Part shown: positions 35,301 through 48,300 of the stretch, one piece after another
Position numbering within the stretch: position 1 is the stretch's first letter
Layout: the number at the start of each line of letters is the position of its first letter
NCBI GenBank assembly: GCA_949358305.1
Contig: OX442314.1
Location: forward strand, 2,356,001-2,420,000
DNA: 64,000 nucleotides
Reading direction: 5' to 3'
From: Strigamia acuminata
Lineage: Eukaryota
Made by a program: the position numbers and the translations under genes
Notes under the pieces: generated by a model
The model's database searches: none
Told to the model about the DNA's origin: nothing
The model's input: only the letters and a program-made list of their open reading frames with translations

Positions 35301-38300
35301 CTGGTGACGCATCCGCTGCCAACGTGATTTGGTGCTTAGGGTTGAAAAGCATCAATAACTTGGGTGAAACAAGTTCACTCTTGACCAAGGCAAACGCCTT
35401 GTCATGGGCGCTACTCCATGTCCATGTCGCGCCCTTTTGTAGCAAGTTATACAACGGCGTCAGAGTGGTCGCCATGTTAGGCAGGAACATCGCGTAAAAT
35501 GTGATAAGGCCCAAGAATGCCCTTAACTCATGCACGTTTGTTGGACTTGGTGCTGCCGTTATGGCCAACACCTTGGTTGGCAACGGGGCAATGCCCGCAC
35601 CAGATATGCGGAACCCCAAGAAGTCCAAAATTCCGACCATGAGTATGCACTTTGGCTTATTCAAGCGCAACCCTATGTCGCGAAAACGCTGAAACACCCG
35701 CTTCAGTAACACAAGATGATCACGCTGGTTCAATGATGGCACCAACATATCATCTTGGTAAGGGCGTACCTCCTCTACTTCTCTAAACTCTTCCTCAATG
35801 GTTCTTTGGAATTCTCCTGCAGCGGTGATGATCCCGAAAGGCATGCGTGTAACGCGAAATAGGCCCATGTGTGTATTGATGGCCACCAAGTAGGACGACT
35901 CCTCGTCCAGCTCGCGTTGCTGATACGCTTGCTGGAGGTCCAGCTTGGAGAACACTACAGCATCGCCAATCGACGCCAAGATGTCAGGTATCTTTGGCAG
36001 CGGGTACGGGTGCGGATACAATGCCAAGTTGATGGTTGACCTGTAGTCCCCGCACAACCGTACTCCGCCGTCCTTCTTGGGAACGATCACGAGGGGAGTT
36101 GCCCATCGACTGTATTAAATTGGCACTAACATGCCCTGACGTTGCAATTCTAAGATTGCCTCTTCAACTTTGCCTCGCAATGCCATTGGCACTACTCTTG
36201 GCCTAAAAAATCTAGGTGGCACCGTAGTGTCGACTTCCAAATGAAGTGGAGGTCCGCGATAATGGCCCAAACCAGGCAGAAAAATGTCGTTGTACTCCAA
36301 TAATAATTCCTCCAAATGTTTCTGTGTGGGGGGTTTATCCTCCGTCATGTGTACATTTGACTCCAATTGTGACGTTTGCTCACATGTTCGGCCTAATTTG
36401 TCCAACACATTCCTGCCAATCAGATTTGGCCCACCGTTTCCCACAACCAAAATCTTGGCTGGTATCGCCATCTTATTGTCCGTTAAAACTACGTTAATTC
36501 GACCAAAAACATGCACCTTCTGTCCAGTGTAGGTCCTCAAGGTATCATTGGTGGGCAATAACAACGGTGCCACGTCTCGGTCAGGCCAAATTTGGCCATA
36601 TGACTCAAGTGTGATGAGAGTCTGCTCACTTCCGGTATCCACCAACATCTTAACCGGTTGACCATCAAGGCGAACTTCAATCTCGATCGGTGGGACTTTA
36701 TTGTCCCCGCTGGCGACCATAAACACATAATAGTCGTCTTCAGGCTGTTGGTATCGTCTGCTTTGATTAACGTGTTGTGTTTGTTGCTGCTGTTGTTGAT
36801 GGTTTCCGTATTGCTGCTGTGCAAACTGTTGTCGTTCGAACTGTTGCTGGCGATGGTCCCAGGCCTGGTCAACGTTCTGGTACGGTTGACCACTGTATCC
36901 ACCTGGGGCTTGGCTCAGCGGTTGTTGCTGTTGTTGTTGTGCTTGTTGTTGTTGCTGTTGATATGGTTGTTGTTGTTGATATTGTTGTTGTTGTTGATAT
37001 TGCTGATATTGGGGCTGCTGTTGTGGAAAAAATTCCGACCTAGCCTCAGCTATCCAGTTCACCGGTACACGTCGTTGACTGAATGGGGTAAACTCTTCAC
37101 GAGGGCGTTGTCCTCTCTCTTGTTGCTGGGCATGTTGCTGGGCCCTCATGCAGACCCTCGCCAGGTGTCCCACACCTCCGCATCGGTAGCATCTTGCCTC
37201 GATGAAAGGGCACGCGAGGCCCTTATGATCGCCACCACATCTCTTGCATTTTCCCGCAAGTTGAGCGATGGTCATCGCCGGGCGGCTCGCTGCGTTTCGC
37301 GCGCCCTGTGCAAACGGTTGTGCACGCGATCTTCCGCGTCCAAAATTTGTGGATTGTCGATTTGCAGCACCGGCGGGTTTAAACGGTTGGTCAGGGGTCT
37401 CCACCCTGTAGACATCTGACAACCCTATAGGCTGCACTTTGTCCGACTCAAGTGGGGTCACGTTAAGCGCTGTCTCTTTCTGCTTTTTGTACACGAGCTG
37501 CCCCTGCACAGCCGCTTCGGCGGCCAACGCCAGCTTGATGGCTTTAGCCAAGTCCAACGTCTCCTCTTCTAGAAGGCGCAACCGTAATTTGTCGTTGTTT
37601 ACACCAGTTATAAACTGGGTTAATATGGCCTCGTCATTTATCTCTTTCGACACGAATTTACACAATCGTGCTTGGGCTCGCAGGTCAGCCACGAACTTTG
37701 CTATCGTCTCGCCCGGTTGACGCTTAATTGCTGCCAGTTTAAATTTTTGCACGTGCGGCCTGGTGATCGCCTGGTAGTGCTCGGTTAGTTTCGCAATTAT
37801 GTCGTCCAGAGTTGCTTTCTCTATAGTTTCCGGGTAGACGAGATCTTTTATCAAACCGTACATTTCTGTCCCTGCCACGGATGTAAGTAGCTGTCTCTGC
37901 TCTTTGTCCTTCACGTGATTAAGCACGCAGAAGTCTCTAAACTGGTGAATGTACTGCGCCCAAGCTTCCTCGGATTTTCCAGTAAAGGGAAGAATCGTGC
38001 CGAGTTGGTGCGGTGGTCGGTCCGTTTGAGCTTTTACCAAGGACGAGATCGCTGCTATCAAATCGGCTGTAGATACAGACGACGACTGCGTTATCGCCGT
38101 CGTCGACGTCGTTTTTGTCGGATCCGTCATTCCGATCGCTAGAAACCAAAACACAGTGTCAGTTCCGAATATTAAACCACAAATCAACGCCAATGATACA
38201 TATCTTAACCAGCGTAGCTCATTTTGATGGCCCATGAGTTCGAATCCTCAATCCAATTCGTGTTGCCGTTTACTCGTCGCCAACTTGTCGTGTTCGTGAA

Positions 38301-41300
38301 GTAATTACCACTGATTTTGACATTCGAAATAAACACCATTTATTTGCATTTGAACCGTCTTTCACTGGTATCTTTTCAGACACAATTTAATACATGTTTC
38401 GTTCGTTTTAATTTCGTTCGTTGTGTCGATTCTTTTTCTTATAATGGTATATTTTCATCGTGCTAGTGATCATTGTTTTTTTTGAACAAACCGCAACGTT
38501 ACATTGTTATTCGCGCATACATTTTGCCAATTAGCTTAATTAGATTTTACAGAAAATACACGGTGTTTTTATGGATGTGAAATGCGACATAGTGTTCTTC
38601 ACATTATGGTAAATTAAACCCAGAGTTGATAACCAATGTATTGTGAACACACTTACTTGCATTGGTATGGTTGTTGCTGTAGTTTATTTGTGTAACATTT
38701 GTCTTCACATTCCAAAACTACTCGATCATTTGCAGCACATGGGCTTTTTGGAGTATTTACTCGAATCAACTAAAAAGAATAAACATGTCAATACCAGTTG
38801 GTTTTGTACTTGCTACAAACATTACCGTTTGACGAGAAATGCCGATAACAATATCACGCCAGGTGGATAGGTAAAAAATGTATTTCGGCTGAAAGGATTG
38901 ATTCTGCGGTTGAATGAAGCTCTGGAATAAATTTAATTTAATTAATCAACTGCTATGAAAACTGAAAACACAAAAATCCTACTGCTTGATACACTGTCCA
39001 TTTTTGTTTGATAGCTCTTTTACGACGAAACCAGGAGGAACCATCAACTTCTGGAAGCTGTATGAAGGAATACTCTATACGAAATCGGTTAGCTGTAAAA
39101 AAATTTAGAAATGAGAGAAAAATAATAATTGTGTTTAGTATATGTCTCTACCTGGTTTATACCGATTGCAGATTCCAAATACTGTTGAGACACATTTCGT
39201 TTTATCCTATAAAAATAGTTCTTGTAAGTGAAAGTACATTGAAAAGCAATTCTAAACTTATCAATCCATCAATGTCTAAAAAGAGTGGACTAAAATAAAA
39301 TCAGGATGACTTTTAATTTATCATCATATTGTAATTATGTGATTGCCCACATGGGCTTGGAACAAAACGCAGGGTACACCGAAATTGGGGTTCGTGGTAA
39401 AACCAAGTAACACAAAATTAATTTATTTTTTTAATAAAAAGTTTCACATTTCTATAAGATTTGTTATTATTGGACATTATTTAACACATTTATATCCATG
39501 ATAACATTGATTGTGAATCATTTTTTCCAAAAATATAATTTCTTTGTTTTTTTTAGATAAATCATTTCTCCTTTTTGGTTTTACAAAACCAGGAAGAGTT
39601 AAATAATCCGAAAAAAGAAGAGTCGCTTGGGTTTGAGAAACCCAACACTGATTTTTGTGCGCAGGGGGATTCAGAAGGAGAATGAATTCCATTACTTGAA
39701 ATATATGGATCAAATTGACTTAAAATTTTACTTGCACTTACTTTTGAAAATCTCTGCTTACACGCTGAAGAAGCATTCCATAATTTGAGTGGTTCGTTTG
39801 CAAATTTAGTTGACGAATGGAGTAAATCAACAAGCTGGTAACGACGAGGATGAATTTGCTGCTGCTTAGCTAACTTCTCTTTGGCTATTCTTATTTCATT
39901 AGTATCTTCACAAAAGATAACGAATGGAAAATTAATTTTTTTGTCTCTCACGAGAATAATCGTTTTGACGAGTGGATAATCGAAATAAGAATTAATCGAA
40001 ATGTAAACTTGGTGAATTGAGATGAAAATGAGAATTAGTAACACTGCGTTTTCCAATTTATTCCTTTTCTCTGTCAGTTTCTGCTTTTTTGCTAGCATTG
40101 TTTCAATTTTCTCTCGCAACTTGGAATCTTTGTTTTTCATGTTTTTGTACTTGATGAAAGGCATTTTGCAGTAGTGGACAAATAATTCAATGAGCGTTAA
40201 ACAAGACATTCCGAAATAGAGTCCGATGTTTCCGCCAATGTCACACAGCAGAGAAATAATGTCGTAAGAAAGTCGTTCTTGCAAAGTACGAACGTAATTA
40301 TTTGAAATAGAAATGTCGATAACACCCTCAGAATCAGATGATTGATAACTGTAAACGCTGAGTTGTGTTTCCTCACATACGTCATGACATTTGCACTTCT
40401 TCGAACCAAAATACCATCTGCTTCGTTGTTTCAGCAGATAAGTGTTATTGCATTCTGGTAGGCTTCTTGCATCATAAAATGGATACCTGAAATCGAAATG
40501 AAGATTCACTGCAGTGCTTTAATTAACTATTGTGATAAAAGAATAAAGCTGTTTTGACGTAGAATTACGTTCCAAGAGGAAATATAAACCAGCGCAAGTA
40601 TTGGAAATTGAACTCCAATTGTTGGCAAATCTCACAACCCAAACCTATAACCACAAGCTTACAAGCAAATCTCACAAACATTTCCCATCAAGAGATGGTG
40701 CTTAAACAACAATTTATCAACAACATAACCAATGTGCACTGGCTATTTCTTACTTCTTTTACCAGAGACTGATACTAACAACAAACACACCAACCAACTG
40801 TAGTGTTTGTTTAGATATGGTTTGTTCTGTTATTGACACTAGTCAGCGCTAGTGGTCTGTAGAGTTGTAATTGGATGATGAGATATCGAGAGGGATTAAG
40901 ATGGCGACCAAATGAAATGTTAATGTGTTTCAACATTTAATACTGTGGTAGACACAACATCAAAGGATATACAACACCAACGGCAGCAACAACTCCTAGA
41001 GCCACTCCTGCCGGGATGTAGTTCTACGTTGTGGCATAGTAACCACTATGCCCCTCTGTAATTTTTTTTTAGCTTTATCAATGCCTAAATAAACAGTCAT
41101 TGTGCATCTTTTTATAAATTAAGAGCAATAAAATAATTGTGATTTTTTTTTAAAAATTAAAACTGTACCGGCAATTAATTTTTTTCAGCATACAAGGAAG
41201 CAAACAGCCATGTAAATTGTTATCGCAAGGATTTTGCTTAGTATTGATGAAACGATACTGCAAGACAAGTGCTAAAATTAAATAATCGCAGATGCGTAGA

Positions 41301-43831
41301 CTATTACATGTTAGATTTAATTTAATTCAATTTAATTTGACAAAAATTTGACAAAAATTTGTCACAAATTTGACAAAAATTTGTCACAAATTTGACAAAA
41401 ATTTGTCACAAATTTGACAAAAATTTGTCACAAATTTGACAAAAATTTGTCACAAATTTGACAAAAATTTGTCACAAATTTGACAAAGATTTGTCAAAAA
41501 TTTGACAAAAATTTGTCAGAATAACTTGGAATAGACACGTTCAAAGTTTCAGTTTTTTACCGTTTCTATCATCCAAAACTCGCAAAATCAAAAACCATGC
41601 TGGAGTTGTTTTAAAAAGGTTTACGCAAGGTTTTGGTTTTTACAAATTCAAAATGGCCGTTCTGATAGTTAGGTCGAAAGGTCAAACTTTCAAGTGTCAT
41701 AAATAAATACGTTCATGCGAAGCATCCATCTCTCAAAATGAGATGAAATGCTAAATTGTGTTCAAATAAGGGGCCCACAACCGCAATTTGTCAGTTGAAT
41801 GGAAAAAAGAGAATTTTTTCTGCACCATGTTCTCGTACGACCAAGATGCAAAAACGACACAACAAAAGCGCTTGAAAATGAACTTATTCATAGTTAGGAC
41901 CGTTTTTGCATACGTACTGCTTTGGCTGTTTATGTAAACGGTTAAACGGTATAAACAGAAACATAGGTGCATTCAAATTTGAACACACCTATTGTGATAT
42001 TTGCTAAAAGTCTTGAAAATCTTTACTTGTTGAACATAAACGTTAAATATTTGTTTTAATTTCAGATACAATTGAATGTCAGGAGCGCTGAATGCATCGT
42101 GATAAGTTACTGGTAAAGGATGTATCAATATCTGAAATATAAGAGAACATGTGGACCAATTATTTAAACTAAGCTGAATTTATAAACATTTAACGTAGCA
42201 GTTGCTTTGGAAATGGTTTGAAAGAGATGCAATTATCCACAGCCAACACATCCTCAAATCCCGTCCACAGGCCAGGATTTTTTGTGGGCCTAACGTTTGC
42301 ACACAGCCGAGCGTGCTCACTACTGTAAATTTCTGTTTCAGTTTTTGGACAGAAAATTCAGTTTTGAACCAAAAATTCATTTTTGAACCGTAAATTCATT
42401 TTTTGAATCGAAAATTCATTTTTTAAACCGAAAATTCATTTTTTTGAACTAAAAATTCATTTTTTGAACCGAAAATTCATTTTTTGAACTAAAATTTCAG
42501 TTTTTGATCCAAAAACTTGAAATTTTATGCTGTGTCAAATTTAGCACGAATCTTGGGCCCAATTAGGTCTAGGTTCCCAGGCTAGAGCCCTTACATGCCA
42601 CTTTGCCAGCTCTCTTCTTGTGGGGACCATGCATTTATCCAGGGATCAATGCAGAATAAGAAATGAGCTTATGTCAGCCACAAGCATTGTGGCTGCTCAA
42701 AGTGAGTCAATTGTTAGTTGGAGCACTCTAATGTCATTAGCGCCTTAAAATGAACAAGGTACTGTGATTTTTTTCTATTTACTTGAGTATAGCTGTAGTA
42801 AATTGCCAAATGACCAATGAGAATCAGCAGATCCTCTTGGCGATGGCGAATAGTTTACAGAGTACTAGCTACTAGACTAAAATTGTGGAATTTTAACGTA
42901 GGTGCATTCAGTTAAACATATTTTGTTGTTTAAATGTCGTGCATGTGTGCACTGCAACTCAACCGACTAAATCGACAATTAATGTTTGAGTTAAATCAAC
43001 ACAAGCAATTTTAACAGTTTATGTTGTTTAAAATGTTGTTTAGTCAAGATTACTTTAAGAATGCAACAGTTATAAACATACCGGTAGAAAATATTTTTTG
43101 CATATTTCTGGTAATTTTATTTTGATAACCATTTTGTACTTAGAATTTCCATATGGGAACCGCAATGCTAAACAAAAATGAATTCTCAAATAATGAATGT
43201 GTCGTTTTTGTTGATGTTTTTTACTTACGGCTTGAAACTTGAGCACCAGGACGCCAAATATGATCGTAATTTTGAATTGTCAGGTTAATGCGTAATTTTC
43301 CCTGAAAAAAATTGCTTATTAATTGTAATAAATTATGTAGCGCAGCTTTACCATTGCATAGTGCGCCTCAGTTATGTAGCTGGGTACACTCAGATATTTT
43401 ATAATGTCAGTGAAGTTATAATGTTCTCGGTTGTAGCGATTTGAACCATCACAAATTTTGATTTTCTCTTTACTGCCACGCATTTTTGCATCAAAATTGA
43501 ACATCTCTTGTGTATTTGTTGGGTAAATATAAACATATGGGAAAACACTGTGAGCTGTTTCAATGAAGTGTGCATCAACTGCTGTTGGTTCATCCAGGTA
43601 ATGCAATATTCGATCCGTAGTTTGGTAAACGCACATTGCCAAATTGACAGCAAGTAATATGACAAACAGATACATAGTTTTCTTTTTCTTTTTTGAAACG
43701 TTTTTCAGAGATTTGATGAATTCTGGTATCTCCGATTGCTCCGCCATGAGAGTGCCAACAATGTGTTGCATTTTTCTTTTTCTGAGTTGTTGAAGTACTC
43801 CAAACCTTTGATATGGTTTGTGGTTGTCCAT
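32358..43831 (-). CDS. Tandem two-domain DEG/ENaC (pickpocket-like) gene B, about 760 aa, apparently intact
   Basis: Exons 43831-43352, 43301-43229, 43167-43082, 42131-42027, 41257-41169, 40486-39742, 39206-39152, 39092-38995, 38921-38826, 38769-38657, 32700-32358 sum to 2283 nt with no internal stop. Order: TM1+FPYVYIYP, CKCHDVC, GGNIGLYFGMSCLTLIE, then TM1'+FPFVIFC, TVFGIC, CSCPKHC, GAIISIWTGLS. Confidence 0.88.
32762..32955. mobile_element. MITE with TA TSD
   Basis: 30-bp perfect TIR ctctgacccatcataagagtatgacctctt. Confidence 0.9.
33153..38589 (-). mobile_element. Full-length Ty3/Gypsy LTR retrotransposon (Mag-like) in the last intron of gene B
   Basis: 304-bp LTRs 33153-33456 and 38286-38589 with one C/T difference seen; 5-bp TSD TAGTG; PBS TGGCGACGAG. 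Confidence 0.97.
33475..38235 (-). CDS. Gypsy Gag-Pol in a single frame, interrupted by one in-frame TAA at 36115-36117
   Basis: Two CCHC knuckles, Gln-rich linker, LVDTGS protease, YQDD RT, ADAS/TDHKPL RNase H, HHCC plus HLDFA/TDNG/VERAV integrase. The 706-aa and 871-aa ORFs are in the same frame (LVPI*YSRWATPLVIVPKKDG). Confidence 0.95.
41335..41518. repeat. 20-bp near-palindromic minisatellite (aaatttgtcacaaatttgac) in an intron of gene B
   Basis: About 9 tandem copies. Confidence 0.95.
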
Positions 43832-45342
43832 TTTGTATGGATATTGTTAACTAAAATAGAACAATTGTATACTATTAAATCCAATATCCAGTTTTCAAAG
43901 TCAGTTTTGTAAAATTCGAGTATTAAGAACGTTGCAACCGCAACACTAAATGAAATATTGTTATTACTACCGTACTATCACAGCTAAGATCTAAATGTTT
44001 GTTCAATATCTGGCAAAATTGGAAAACGTCTGAGTCACTAATACTTGATATTTGCATTATTTATTGATAAACTTAAACAAACTCACAACCTTTTCCTACT
44101 AAATGTAATAGAAAAAGCAATTGCCACAATGCAAATATGTGACTAACAGATGTTTTATCAATCACGCGAGGAAAGAAATTAAATTAGAGGTGTAGTTGAC
44201 AGATTCAATAATTTATCTAAACACGATTAAAAATAAAAAGCTTGTTCAAAGAGAAACGGTAACTACAACATTCATAACTCAAACTATTCTTTAGACATAG
44301 CTCGAACTGACAGTACAGTACAAGACTTTGTGGTACATCCTCGCTCCACTTAACTTCATATGCAATGGATGTACAAAATTGCGTCAAACGTTTGGCTGAA
44401 TTGGACAACTTCGGAGAAGAAAACTACAAAACATTGTTGGCACGGTCATAATTAAATTAACAAAATATATTTTTTATAAGTCATAACATAGTCAATAGTA
44501 TTGTTTTCTTAGGCAATTTTATCTACATCATAACTCAATTCATAACTCAATTCTGATAAGATCTCATAAGATTTTTCTAACTGTTAAAACGCGTGGTGGA
44601 TGGAAGCAAAGTGATGAGAAAACGTGATGCTGCCGGGTGTTACTAAAACCCGATATAACATTTAATTTCGCGCCATCTGTTGGTAGAAATAGATGGGGCA
44701 ATGAGATGACCGTTTGGCCGACGGAAGTGGAAACCGAGCGGATTGCACGCTGGGAAATATTGGTGGCAGCGCCATCGTGCGATAAAATGCACACTCAACT
44801 TTCAATAACAAACACGCTACCGTACTGTTAAAAATAATAGAAAAATAATATCGTTTCAAGAAATGACAAATTCTACATGTCAATCCAATCAATGTTTTTA
44901 TGGTGACATAAAAATGCGGTTAGCGTCATTTCAATTAACATTCCTGCACTTTCCTCCACTTAATAAATGCGCACGACTTTGCATTAACGAATTGCCAGAA
45001 ATTTCGTTCTGGTTTTCGTTTTTCGCGTCGTTTTGCGCGCACAGCAGCAGTCAAAATCTTCGTGGTCCAGCCGAATCCCACTTCCGTGACCCCTCCATCG
45101 CCAATCGCGGCACCTTTAATTCCATCCCATTCGAGCGCCGAATAAACTCTTTCTTCCGCGATCATTTGAGCCAGAAAACCACCCGATTTCTTCCTCTCGT
45201 CGTAGTCTTTGCACATCGATTTCCACTTACTTACGAATCTCTTCTGGACAAACCTTGCCACCATCATCTCACAGCTTCGTTTAACTGCCGAGAGGTGGCG
45301 CGCCACTCAAATCGAGGCTTAAACGTTGAAAACGATGATAGT

Positions 45343-48300
45343 TTGGTGGAAAGTTCGTCGTTTGTTGCTATTCACCGTCCCGTACATTGCCTCCAGACCA
45401 CCACTGGATCGTATCAGTCATTTTAAAATATCGCAATATGACCCGTTTTGTGCAATCATATCTATGCCGGCATATTCTCATGGCCAAACATGTTAGCAAT
45501 CCAATGAAAACTATTGTCTGCGCACTTGGTCTGCGCATGTGCAGCAGCAACACCAGCACCGAACTGATGACGTAGTCATCCAGCCAACAATCATCAATAT
45601 TATTATTTTCTTCTAAAAATTTCCAATTCGTTAATGGATTCACAAAATTTGTTAGCAAACAAACAGTAATTAATTAATGGATGAAAATTAATCAATTCTT
45701 ACTGCTACAGAACACGTGCAATCATCGACGAGTTACCCAAAATTACAAAATTTACGCTTTCATCTAAAGAATATTTCAATAAAGGTTCAATTTTACATTT
45801 TAAATTTACAGATAACGCATTTAAATTAATTCTCCTAAACTATAACATTAGGTTGGATTCCTTCGACCGACGGCAGGTTGCAGAAAAGAGCTGATGTTGT
45901 TGTATCCGCGCTTCAAACGAGCATAGCCGACTGCCGAAGAATTTTTAAATCCCTGTAAGTACAGTACAGTAATCTACGACAATAACCAATACAGTAATGA
46001 CTTCAATTTGATCTTGTGCTAAAGTGCCGCTGCTCGATTAAAAACTCCGCCTGCGGATTACGTGGTATGGCGATTTGGAGACAGCAAGCGAATAATTGGT
46101 GCCAAGTACACTGCATACGCGAATGCCGAAATAAACGACCAGGAACCAGTGACATTACGAAATAGATTTGTAAATACATCTCTATCGGAAACCATAGGTA
46201 CATGTTTGTTTATTTCACTTGGTTTGTTCATTTATCTTTGAATTTGTACCCAAAGCAGGCCCAACAACAGGTGGAACAACAGGAGTAGCGAGCCCAGGAT
46301 CGATCTCCCAAACTAGTTCCAGATCCAGGCTAAATGTTGGCTGGAAAATGCCAATTTTGGCTGCACCACATTTGTTAAGACATTTGAAATCGAGCAGCAA
46401 CATACGGCAGAAGCCAGAAAGCTTACCGGGATCCGAGTCCAAACTCACCAAGTTGTTGTCCGGTGCTTGGGCAGAGAAAATAAATCCTTTGAGAGTGTGC
46501 ACGACTACTGGTCTCGACTGTATATAGTATCCATTTTTCCTTATTTGATCGACTTAAAGTTAATCAAGTTATTGGCCTTTAACGATATTCAGCTATTCGT
46601 CCGGCCAATTAGCATTGTTATGGGTCAGAGATGTAATAACGGATGAATTAATAATTGGAATCGTCTTTGACTTAGATGGGTTCTTTATCGGAAGTTGCAT
46701 TAGAGATGAATACGTCACAGGCTACCTACCGAATGGGGAAATATTGTAAGTGATTTGGTTGTTAAATTCTGTACATATTATGGCGCAGTTTGAAGGGATT
46801 TTTAATTTTACACCACCTCGACCCATTTTTACACACTTTTACCATTCTGGACCAAAATTTAGACATTTTTACACTTACTGGGCCCATTTTAGATTTTTTT
46901 GGTTCAGTATAGACTATGTACTAGTGAGAAAAAATTTGCCGGAGCAGATAGGGGTGTGCAATCAGCCCCTGGATTAATGAAAGACATAAAGATTAAATTT
47001 TTCAGGTTTCGTTCTACCCCTGAAGGTGGAATGATAATTACTGATCGCACTAAGAGTGAATATATGATTTGGAAAGGACTGCCTCCCTGGAACGAAAAAA
47101 ACGTGCTCGAGATGAAAGTAAATAATAAAAAGTTTCAATTTAACTCGTTCTGCATTGTTCGGAATTATCAACAATTTCAGCTAAGCGAGAATATAGCGTT
47201 TCGGTATATGGGAATCACAAGCCGCACTGTAGTGTACACATCTAAAGTAGACAATTTTTGCTTCAATGTGAGGACAACTGAAAGAGATCCAGAAGAGAGT
47301 CAAGTCGCAGGCTTTTCTAGCAAACCAGTCAAATGCGAAGAAACCAGCAAAAGAACACCGAGCTTCGCAATGAATACGCAAGGAATAATACCACCCGCCT
47401 TAGAAGACAACTTTGATTTGAAAAATAAATATAGCGAATTAAAGACAATAAAGAAAAACATACAGTATTACAACACTTGAAATCATTTGATTTTGATTTT
47501 TTATATCAAAGTTAGAAAGATTTTATTCTTTTCTTTTATTCATATTAGTTTGTTGTTCCAAAAGATGGAAACATTGTTTTCGCTGTTTTTTCATCTGCAG
47601 GCGATTAAAGGTAACAATAATTATGGTAATCTCTCATAGATAGATTATTAAATTCCTCTTCTCCCCGAATTCAGATGCTGGCTCAAAAAGAGAAATTGCG
47701 TAAGATATTACTAGCAACTCTTTAAAATTTAACAACTTGATTTAACAAAATTCACGTACAATTACAGCAAGGCTTCTCCCAAGTTGGGGCACCCAACTCT
47801 TGCACCCAAAATCCGCGAGGCAGTAATTTGTCCACTTATACTCAGGCAGCAGATAATTTATGAGAAAGCTCGTTTGGAAGCAGCAGCAGCTCAAGGACTC
47901 GGTAGTAAACAGTCAAATAATAGCGTAATGGGATATGAAAAATATGTTTATATTTGTTATTAGAAGCTAAACGTTCCGTTACGACCAAAACATGGCTGCA
48001 ATGTAATTGTAGCGGTAGTGAAATCCCCATTTTGTCCGATATTGAAGTTAAAGAATTCGTGGAAACCAGAGCACCATCTAAACAAATGCTAATCATTTGC
48101 ATCATGAATTCCAAGTAATGTTAGATATTACTATCCACATTCATAAAGTAATGTTTAACTTGCAATTAAACTTACGGCGACTGAAAAACCGACTAAATCG
48201 GCCGCCATTTTTGAAGTTGGATCAAGAGAAGCAGTTTTAAAAGCAATTTAAATATATTGTTTAAAATGCTGTTTAGCGTAAATTACTTTTTCTCTTTTCT

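Noticed and set aside
33153..38589. The Mag-like Gypsy or the Copia as helper of the 12.6-kb element
   Set aside because: Unrelated LTRs, different PBS, and 5-bp versus 4-bp TSD.
39562..39741. C-terminal part of the 315-aa ORF as the end of gene B
   Set aside because: It is read-through past a GTAAGT donor at 39741; downstream exons homologous to gene A continue the protein.
44669..44682. CTCF-like motif (ccaacagatggcgc on the minus strand) at the boundary of the TE-rich and gene-dense zones
   Set aside because: A single short motif cannot be distinguished from chance without ChIP data.
44935..45658. Minus-strand ORFs of 123 and 96 aa as a separate gene
   Set aside because: No recognisable motif, and they partly overlap probable C3orf20-like exons on the other strand.
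47478..47700. Stop at 47478-47480 as evidence that the C3orf20-like gene is two genes or a pseudogene
   Set aside because: A phase-2 donor near 47465 and a 24-nt exon at about 47676-47699 restore a continuous frame.
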